Positions 1-5,848 of a stretch of DNA of 54,231 nt are shown here, one piece after another. The stretch spans positions 1 to 54,231 of the IMG/VR virus record IMGVR_UViG_3300010389_000019; one strand, 5' to 3'. The notes under the pieces are model-generated. The model did not search any database and had not been told where the DNA came from. It saw only the letters and a list, made by a program, of their open reading frames with translations. The position numbers and the translations under genes are program-made. Origin of the DNA: a virus (lineage: Duplodnaviria; Caudoviricetes). How positions within the stretch are numbered: the stretch's first letter is position 1; the number at the start of each line of letters is the position of its first letter.

Positions 1-235
1 CATCGAGCTTCTCTTTGAGCCAGTTGGTTGCGTCGTAGCCAAGTTCCTTCTCTTCGAGATCGCGTGTTCGTTTCTCTGGAGTATCGACTCCTGCAACGCG
101 GACTCTCTCTTTCTTATAAAGATCAAAACCCAGGTCAATAGTGACATCAATTGTATCTCCGTCAAGGACTCTGTTGATCTCTACCACTCGGAAGTTGTAG
201 CAACTCTTCCGACTCGGGGGTGTCATGGCTCCCAT
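1..235 (-). CDS. Thermonuclease/SNase-like endonuclease, 5' part (runs off window start)
   Basis: Manual translation from ATG at 235: MGAMTPPSRKSCYNFRVVEINRVLDGDTIDVTIDLGFDLYKKERVRVAGVDTPEKRTRD... It has the SNase-fold motifs DGDT and R-x-x-G-[VI]-D-x-P-E. TAATG stop/start overlap with the upstream gene. Not in the ORF track. Confidence 0.85.
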   Translation of the reverse strand, partial: MGAMTPPSRKSCYNFRVVEINRVLDGDTIDVTIDLGFDLYKKERVRVAGVDTPEKRTRDLEEKELGYDATNWLKEKLD

Positions 236-660
236 TATTCTTCCTCCTCTTCGTTAATTAATGTAACATCACTGACATATTTAGACGCAATTTCCTGAGT
301 GGCACAGGGTTCTCCAGAGAGACTCTCATTTATGACAAATGCATCCGCACTCATTGCAATACCCAATATTGTGATTGCTGCTGCAATAACTGCACCAGCG
401 CCAGCAATCCACATCTCATTTTTACGAATCCTTCCACGAAATTCATTGTCAAGTGCTTTGATCTTCTCATCTATCTTGTCGATGCGACTATGAACCATCT
501 CAATGCGACGAATTGCATTTTCTAAGGTACTCTCAACTACAGAGATGTCTTTAGTTTTATCCTCAAGACCATAAAGTCTTTCACGAAAGCTTTCAATCTT
601 GCTTTCTAATACTGCAAGTTTAGAATCCTGTTCAGCATCTTTATTCGTCAGATCGCTCAT
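235..660 (-). CDS. Hypothetical coiled-coil protein with one C-terminal transmembrane segment
   Basis: ORF track 235..666; ATG at 660 preferred (MSDLTNK...). Heptad-like charged N-terminus followed by the hydrophobic stretch WIAGAGAVIAAAITILGIA. Confidence 0.75.
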   Translation of the reverse strand: MSDLTNKDAEQDSKLAVLESKIESFRERLYGLEDKTKDISVVESTLENAIRRIEMVHSRIDKIDEKIKALDNEFRGRIRKNEMWIAGAGAVIAAAITILGIAMSADAFVINESLSGEPCATQEIASKYVSDVTLINEEEEE

Positions 661-796
661 CGTCAATTTCAGAGAAAGCCATACGCATTATATATGCAAT
701 ATAATACGCTGTTCCCATCAATAGTACGATAAGGGAAATAATGACACTCCATGTTGGGTCGTTAATATCATTCAGAGGGCGTAATAATAAATTCAT
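641..796 (-). CDS. Small single-TM hypothetical protein (51 aa)
   Basis: Manual translation MNLLLRPLNDINDPTWSVIISLIVLLMGTAYYIAYIMRMAFSEIDDERSDE. It fills the gap between neighbours with short overlaps and is below the ORF-track cutoff. Confidence 0.7.
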   Translation of the reverse strand: MNLLLRPLNDINDPTWSVIISLIVLLMGTAYYIAYIMRMAFSEIDDERSDE

Positions 797-998
797 GCCT
801 ATGGAATCCTTCTGGTTCTGTTGCGTGTATCCAGTCTTTTAGTCTTGAAACGTATAGTCTTAACAAATCTGCCTGGTTCAGATGAAAGGTATCTTGCGTC
901 TCAAGATACATCTTGGTATGGAGATCTACACCATCCAAGCACTTCTTTATCACAGGGTTCCAGGGTTCCCTAAAAGAAGTATTCCATTCTCTTGGCAT
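768..998 (-). CDS. Hypothetical cyanophage protein (76 aa)
   Basis: ATG-start ORF MPREWNTSFREPWN..., preceded by the late-promoter motif CATAAATA at 1030-1037. Confidence 0.8.
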   Translation of the reverse strand: MPREWNTSFREPWNPVIKKCLDGVDLHTKMYLETQDTFHLNQADLLRLYVSRLKDWIHATEPEGFHRHEFIITPSE

Positions 999-1029
999 AT
1001 AAGGTAGCGGTCACCTCAAAATAACACAT

Positions 1030-1037
1030 TATTTATG
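1030..1037 (-). promoter_or_regulatory. T4-like late promoter (CATAAATA)
   Basis: Matches the NATAAATA gp55-type late promoter, about 30 nt upstream of the ATG at 998. Confidence 0.6.
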
Positions 1038-1179
1038 GATTATTTGGGTCCAATCCTAAACTAATTAAGTATTCTTTCCACCACTCTGGATCTTTATTTC
1101 TTTTCCATTGTGGAACTTCTTGACCCTTGTCAAAATAATACTTCCACAATGCCTCATCGATAATCTGTGCGATCTCCAT
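1033..1179 (-). CDS. Small Trp-rich hypothetical protein (48 aa)
   Basis: ATG at 1179 gives MEIAQIIDEALWKYYFDKGQEVPQWKRNKDPEWWKEYLISLGLDPNNP. The longer track start overlaps the neighbouring gene heavily. Confidence 0.7.
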   Translation of the reverse strand: MEIAQIIDEALWKYYFDKGQEVPQWKRNKDPEWWKEYLISLGLDPNNP

Positions 1180-1363
1180 ATTCCTCTTCCTCTTCATCAA
1201 CGTCTGCATATGGATTCTCCACAAAGGGTCCTCGCTTCCGTAGAGGTTCTTTTCTGACATAATTCGACTCAGAGTTAACGGCAGATACCCAAACTGCAAG
1301 TTTCATGATGATGAAAATTAAAACCAGTGGCGTAAAACAACCGATTAAAATTATGGGGTTCAT
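1154..1363 (-). CDS. Small N-terminal-TM hypothetical protein (69 aa)
   Basis: ATG at 1363 (MNPIILIGCFTPLVLIFIIMKLAVWV...) with an ATGA overlap with the upstream ORF stop; acidic C-terminal tail. Confidence 0.75.
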   Translation of the reverse strand: MNPIILIGCFTPLVLIFIIMKLAVWVSAVNSESNYVRKEPLRKRGPFVENPYADVDEEEEEYGDRTDYR

Positions 1364-1521
1364 TTGTGCTTCCTCGTGAAAGGTTCCCAGTGCTCCCAAT
1401 TATATTTATGGACTGCCCACATACCTAAGATCGGAATAAAGACCAGAGAGAATCCCATAACTCCTAGAGCAATAGGACTCTCCATAACTATTCTTGCAAT
1501 GTGTCCCAATTCATGCATCAT
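1360..1521 (-). CDS. Small single-TM hypothetical protein (53 aa)
   Basis: Manual translation MMHELGHIARIVMESPIALGVMGFSLVFIPILGMWAVHKYNWEHWEPFTRKHK. ATGA overlaps at both ends (zwf stop and next start). Not in the ORF track. Confidence 0.75.
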   Translation of the reverse strand: MMHELGHIARIVMESPIALGVMGFSLVFIPILGMWAVHKYNWEHWEPFTRKHK

Positions 1522-2867
1522 GATGGATAGTCCCAATGTGTTATGAATTGAGTTTTATGTGTTGGTCCCCATATGCCAGGATGATAGATGTATGGTGTTG
1601 TCCGTACAGGACACTTATCACCAGTGCAAAGAAGATCATCAACAATACGCCATGACTCTAACACCTCTTCGGAGTGAACAAAGTGTGATTGGTCACCATT
1701 TATTGCATCATGAAAAAGTTTTTCATATCCATCAACACCTAACCAATCTGGATAGCGATGAGTTAAAGTTGCCTTCTCAACATCATCCCCAAGTCCAGGA
1801 GACTTAACATCAATTTGAACATCTAAATGTGCATGTGGTTGTAAACGCATTACAATACGATCGTTTGTTTCACCTTCAAATAAACTAAGTGGAGGTGCCT
1901 TGAGTTTGATGACTACCTCTACACATTGAAAGGGCATCTTTTTACCTGTCATGAAGTAAAAAGGAACTCCCTTCCAACGCCAGTTATCAACGTATAGATC
2001 ACCAGCAACGAAGGTAGGAGTATCACTGTTAGGATTAACACCCTCTTCAGAACGGTAAGATTCATATTGTCCAGTAACAAACTTTTTACCCAATCTAGTC
2101 GCAGACAAAACTTTTGTTTTTTCTCTGCGTATCTCTTTTGCATTCATGCGACATGGTGCATCCATAGCAATGAGAGATAGAACCTGCAACATGTGATTTT
2201 GCAACATGTCTCTTACAACACCAGCAGTATCGTAGTATTGAGAACGACCTTCGCAACCAATGGTTTCGGTTGCAAAAATTTGAACCTCCTCTACATACTC
2301 TCTATTCCAAAGTGGTTCCAGAAGTATATTCCCAAAACGAGTGGCAAGGATATTATTAACAGTATCTTTACCAAGATAATGGTCAATGCGATAGACTTGT
2401 TTCTCGCGTAGATGTCTAGAAACCACAGATTGTAAATGATTAGCAGATTTATAATCGTATCCAAAAGGTTTTTCGATAACCACCCTGGAGTGGTCTGGGT
2501 CTTCGAGGAGACCTGCTTCTTTGAGATTGATGATAGCATTCTCATAACGTTCTGGCGGTACGGATAAGAAGTAAGTTGAATTATCAGCACTTGGTAGCAT
2601 TTGCAATGAATCTGGATTATCCAAATCAGTGCTAACCCAATCCAGACGATGCAAAAAATCTTCTGGGTATTCTCCAAGAGATTCTACCCACGATTGTTTT
2701 GCAATCTCACGACGAGATGTGCCCACAATTACCATGTTATCTGGTAAAAGTTTTTTCTCATGTAACTTATGTAAAGCAGGAATAAGTTTCCTTCGACAAA
2801 GATCCCCAGTAGCACCGAAGATGATTATTTGACTGCTCTTTATTTCAGTGTGCTGTTCCGTTTCCAT
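1518..2867 (-). CDS. zwf: Glucose-6-phosphate 1-dehydrogenase (auxiliary metabolic gene)
   Basis: Motifs GATGDL (NADP-binding), EKPFG, RIDHYLGK, RDMLQNH and NWRWKGVPF. ATG at 2867 is preferred over the track's GTG at 2966. Confidence 0.97.
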   Translation of the reverse strand: METEQHTEIKSSQIIIFGATGDLCRRKLIPALHKLHEKKLLPDNMVIVGTSRREIAKQSWVESLGEYPEDFLHRLDWVSTDLDNPDSLQMLPSADNSTYFLSVPPERYENAIINLKEAGLLEDPDHSRVVIEKPFGYDYKSANHLQSVVSRHLREKQVYRIDHYLGKDTVNNILATRFGNILLEPLWNREYVEEVQIFATETIGCEGRSQYYDTAGVVRDMLQNHMLQVLSLIAMDAPCRMNAKEIRREKTKVLSATRLGKKFVTGQYESYRSEEGVNPNSDTPTFVAGDLYVDNWRWKGVPFYFMTGKKMPFQCVEVVIKLKAPPLSLFEGETNDRIVMRLQPHAHLDVQIDVKSPGLGDDVEKATLTHRYPDWLGVDGYEKLFHDAINGDQSHFVHSEEVLESWRIVDDLLCTGDKCPVRTTPYIYHPGIWGPTHKTQFITHWDYPS

Positions 2868-2976
2868 CGTAGTTATCTGAGTCGTAGTAGTTATTTTCAC
2901 CTTTTCGTATCCCGAAGTATATCGTGGATAATACAAAGGGTATTGCAATCCATTTGAGAAATTCACCGAACATCAT
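2845..2976 (-). CDS. ndhP: NdhP-like small subunit of the cyanobacterial NDH-1 complex (43 aa)
   Basis: Manual translation MMFGEFLKWIAIPFVLSTIYFGIRKGENNYYDSDNYDGNGTAH: one TM helix plus a C-terminal FG..K/R..N.YY.D.D.Y.GNG[ST]AH motif matching cyanobacterial NdhP as I recall it. Overlaps the gnd stop and zwf start. Confidence 0.8.
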   Translation of the reverse strand: MMFGEFLKWIAIPFVLSTIYFGIRKGENNYYDSDNYDGNGTAH

Positions 2977-3997
2977 GACCACCGAACATAGCACGCATAC
3001 CATTTAAAACTCGGTTAGCAAAGCGTCCTAGTCTTCTTGACTCGAACCTTGAGTAGAGAGCAGTAGTAATAACAGGGGCTGGAACACCGAGATCCACAGC
3101 AGCGTGAACCGTCCAACGACCCTCACCACTGTCGCTAACTCCCCCATCGAATTTGCTAAGATCTCTATCGCTCCGTAGAACATCAGCGGTAAGATCAAGT
3201 AACCAACTGCCAACCACGCTACCGCGACGCCACAGCTCAGCCACCTCAGCAACGTTAATGTCATACTGATAATCGGCAGGGTTGTCCATTGGGGCGACCT
3301 CTGCGTCTCCTGCTTTGACATACTTAGAACCTGCGTTTGCTTCATGTAGAATGTTAAATCCTTCGGCATATGCTTGCATGATACCATACTCAACACCATT
3401 GTGAACCATCTTGACAAAGTGCCCTGCTCCAGGACCACCACAATGCAACCATCCTTTCTCTGCTTGTGTCACCCATGAGTTAGGTTTAGTCCTGGGGGCA
3501 GCATCAATTCCTGGGGCGAGGGCATCAAAAATGCCTTGACAAGTGGCGACCGCAGTATCTCCGCCACCAACCATAAGACAGTATCCACGGTCCAGACCGT
3601 AAACACCACCACTAGTGCCACAGTCAAGATATTGGATGCCCAGTTTAGCAAGCCTTTCTGCCCTGCGTCTAGAGTCTTTAAAATTGGAATTGCCATGATC
3701 AATAATAATATCACCCTCCACACAAAATTGTAATAACTCATTGAGTGTGTCCTCTACGGTTTCTGCTGGCACAACCATCATGAAGACACCAGGGGTTTCT
3801 CCAGTGGTTTTGTTTGAATGTACTACTTGAACAAGGCTTTCCACAGAAGTGGCACATCCACTAATATAACCCTTTTCATATTGTTCTTCAGCTTTTGCAT
3901 AGTTGTTACGGTAACCCCACACTTCGTGTCCTGCTTTGATGAGACGGCGGGACATACCCTCGCCCATTCTTCCTAAACCTATGATGCCTACTTTCAT
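2963..3997 (-). CDS. gnd: 6-phosphogluconate dehydrogenase, decarboxylating (short type; auxiliary metabolic gene)
   Basis: Motifs GIIGLGRMG, IDHGNS, DCGTSGG, GAGHFVKMVHNGVEYG and DSGEGRWT. Confidence 0.97.
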   Translation of the reverse strand: MKVGIIGLGRMGEGMSRRLIKAGHEVWGYRNNYAKAEEQYEKGYISGCATSVESLVQVVHSNKTTGETPGVFMMVVPAETVEDTLNELLQFCVEGDIIIDHGNSNFKDSRRRAERLAKLGIQYLDCGTSGGVYGLDRGYCLMVGGGDTAVATCQGIFDALAPGIDAAPRTKPNSWVTQAEKGWLHCGGPGAGHFVKMVHNGVEYGIMQAYAEGFNILHEANAGSKYVKAGDAEVAPMDNPADYQYDINVAEVAELWRRGSVVGSWLLDLTADVLRSDRDLSKFDGGVSDSGEGRWTVHAAVDLGVPAPVITTALYSRFESRRLGRFANRVLNGMRAMFGGHDVR

Positions 3998-4497
3998 TTA
4001 ATCGTCTCCATTGCTTTTTCTAATTCACGAGAGTGTTCTAATTCATCATTCAAGATCTCAAGGATCTTCTCATCTGGACCATTGTCTGCAAGATACTTAG
4101 CATATGTAGTTGCAGCATGAATCTCTACTTCGTAAGAGAGATGGTAAGCATTGCGAGGAGATAACCAATAATAAACCACGTTAGTCCAATAGTAGATAAG
4201 GACGAGATGCTTGGCAACAAAACGATCGATATAATAAGCGTTGCCACCCCTGCTTTCCATATACTCCAGATGCTCTGTTTCATTGATCGATTGATCGAAG
4301 TGCTCTTTCATCAAATATAGATGCTCAGGTCCTCTGAGTCCCATGCTTTCTCTAAAATGTAAGACACTTAGGAATGCAAAATAAGGTGCCCGAGCAATTT
4401 CCTCAAGCACCCAAAAGCGTTGATAATCTCTCCCCCGATAGAGGAAGTCTAGGATTGAAACTGTGAGATTGAGAATCCATTCGTTGAATTTTTTCAT
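3994..4497 (-). CDS. ptox: Plastoquinol terminal oxidase (alternative oxidase family)
   Basis: LEEIARAPYF, di-iron motifs ETEH, EIHA (E-x-x-H) and DELEH; 167-aa length typical of marine cyanobacterial and phage PTOX. Confidence 0.93.
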   Translation of the reverse strand: MKKFNEWILNLTVSILDFLYRGRDYQRFWVLEEIARAPYFAFLSVLHFRESMGLRGPEHLYLMKEHFDQSINETEHLEYMESRGGNAYYIDRFVAKHLVLIYYWTNVVYYWLSPRNAYHLSYEVEIHAATTYAKYLADNGPDEKILEILNDELEHSRELEKAMETIK

Positions 4498-4679
4498 TTG
4501 TCTTTAAGCAATTTTTCAACTTGCTTTCTAGTTGCAGCACTCTTTTCTTTTTCACGCTCAGCATGTCTATAACCATACTTTCCGTGAAAGATTGCATGAC
4601 CTTGACAGAACATAGTAATGCCAAAGACTAGTGCCAAAACTATACCGACCCATTCAATTATAAGTGTATGTTGATCCAT
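4494..4679 (-). CDS. Small single-TM hypothetical protein (61 aa)
   Basis: ORF track; hydrophobic N-terminus, CQGHAIFHG motif, ATGA overlap with the ptox start. Confidence 0.75.
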   Translation of the reverse strand: MDQHTLIIEWVGIVLALVFGITMFCQGHAIFHGKYGYRHAEREKEKSAATRKQVEKLLKDK

Positions 4680-4882
4680 GGGAATACTGGCGGTATTACT
4701 CCAATAAGTCGAAGCAGACCCTCAGCAAAAAGTGCAAGAACAACCCACCCAACACACATAGAGATAATTGAAGCATTACGATTATGCTTTCGTATGGCAG
4801 CATCGATCATCTCCTGCACTTGCTCTTTCGTTACCCTTTCTGGTGGTTCAATATCTTTACCCCAGTTTTTAAACATCTTCAT
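4658..4882 (-). CDS. Hypothetical membrane protein (~74 aa)
   Basis: ORF track 4658..4954; ATG at 4882 (or 4876) preferred. QVQEMIDAAIRKHNRN followed by a hydrophobic segment ending in GVIPP. Confidence 0.75.
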   Translation of the reverse strand: MKMFKNWGKDIEPPERVTKEQVQEMIDAAIRKHNRNASIISMCVGWVVLALFAEGLLRLIGVIPPVFPWINIHL

Positions 4883-5012
4883 TGTACCAAAAGTCATACC
4901 AATCATGTTCAGTGATTTCGTCCTCATAAGTTGAGGGTTCTTCGAATAATTCACGCATCTTTTGATTATGAACTCTTAAATATAAGAGTTTTATGTCTTT
5001 GTCAGTGAGCAT
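4869..5012 (-). CDS. Small hypothetical protein (47 aa)
   Basis: Manual translation MLTDKDIKLLYLRVHNQKMRELFEEPSTYEDEITEHDWYDFWYNEDV; tiles between neighbours. Confidence 0.6.
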   Translation of the reverse strand: MLTDKDIKLLYLRVHNQKMRELFEEPSTYEDEITEHDWYDFWYNEDV

Positions 5013-5166
5013 ATTCGTCTAATAAGTCTAGAACTGTGTTGTATGCATCATGAGCACCACTATTCCAGTCATGACTCTTATCATAATGCCTTCCTTCATG
5101 GAGTGCATGTTTTAATTTTAGAATCCTGACTTTTAATTCATCTTTTGTAATAGATCCTCTTGGCAT
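5002..5166 (-). CDS. Small hypothetical protein (54 aa)
   Basis: Manual translation MPRGSITKDELKVRILKLKHALHEGRHYDKSHDWNSGAHDAYNTVLDLLDEYAH; starts 2 nt after the upstream stop. Confidence 0.7.
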   Translation of the reverse strand: MPRGSITKDELKVRILKLKHALHEGRHYDKSHDWNSGAHDAYNTVLDLLDEYAH

Positions 5167-5168
5167 CT

Positions 5169-5459
5169 TCAATCACCCAATCTTTCGTTCATCTCTTTAA
5201 GAGTCTTCTTACGTTCATCGATCATTCCATCGATGTATCCCGATCTGTACTCCCAGGTAACTCCACCATCTATACCTTTTTTAGGATTGATACACTGATC
5301 ATCTCCAAATCTATTGCAGACTAAACCTGCTAAATCAAGTTCACTACCCATGTTACCAGTACCAGACCATCGATGTTCACCATTAATCCAAACTGCATGA
5401 CATTTTGGACATTCCTTCCTTTCCAACTTTAAATCAGAAAAGTTTGAGTCATTTTCCAT
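5169..5459 (-). CDS. Hypothetical Cys-containing (possible Zn-binding) protein (96 aa)
   Basis: ORF track; CPKC...LVCN...QCINP, four cysteines. Confidence 0.8.
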   Translation of the reverse strand: MENDSNFSDLKLERKECPKCHAVWINGEHRWSGTGNMGSELDLAGLVCNRFGDDQCINPKKGIDGGVTWEYRSGYIDGMIDERKKTLKEMNERLGD

Positions 5460-5685
5460 TTTTTGATTCCTGTTTTTTAAGTTCTTTGAGTTCTGGTAAT
5501 GTGGGTAAGTTAAGTTGTTTCCTGAGTTTACGAGCCATAAAATACATTCTTACTCTAAGTATTGCATATCTAAACTGTACGTCCAAATACGCAAAAAGGC
5601 GCATGGTGTTTTCATATCCACCATACGCGAATAAAAATGCAATTATAAGGAGAGTGATGTAAAAACCCAATAAAGTGGTTTGCAT
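5449..5685 (-). CDS. Hypothetical N-terminal-TM protein (78 aa), first gene of the AMG operon
   Basis: ORF track; GGAG Shine-Dalgarno upstream; lies directly downstream of a sigma70-type promoter. Confidence 0.8.
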   Translation of the reverse strand: MQTTLLGFYITLLIIAFLFAYGGYENTMRLFAYLDVQFRYAILRVRMYFMARKLRKQLNLPTLPELKELKKQESKNGK

Positions 5686-5722
5686 TAAGTTGTCTCCGCG
5701 AATAACTCACTATGGAGCTATT

Positions 5723-5751
5723 AATGTATATAGATCATAACCACTTGTCAA
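5723..5751 (-). promoter_or_regulatory. Sigma70-type promoter driving the PTOX-gnd-ndhP-zwf cluster
   Basis: TTGACA (5751-5746), 17-nt spacer, TACATT (5728-5723); 38 nt upstream of the ATG at 5685. Confidence 0.7.
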
Positions 5752-5775
5752 GTAATCTGTTGTATTAAGTTATAC

Positions 5776-5804
5776 TTGACAAGTTAGCAATTCCTGACTA
5801 GACT
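5776..5804 (+). promoter_or_regulatory. Sigma70-type promoter pointing antisense into the late 638-aa gene
   Basis: TTGACA (5776-5781), 17-nt spacer, TAGACT (5799-5804); no plus-strand gene downstream. Confidence 0.55.
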
Positions 5805-5848
5805 AGGTTTGTTACCGATGAAGATAATAATATAGCTTTAATTAAGTA

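Noticed and set aside
1180-1399. Longer starts for ORFs 1033..1299 and 1154..1399
   Set aside because: They use alternative start codons deep inside neighbouring genes; the shorter ATG starts give clean tiling with ATGA overlaps.
2868-2966. 33-aa N-terminal extension of Zwf from the GTG at 2966
   Set aside because: It is non-homologous low-complexity sequence, and the same DNA encodes the NdhP-like peptide in another frame. ATG 2867 is a better start.
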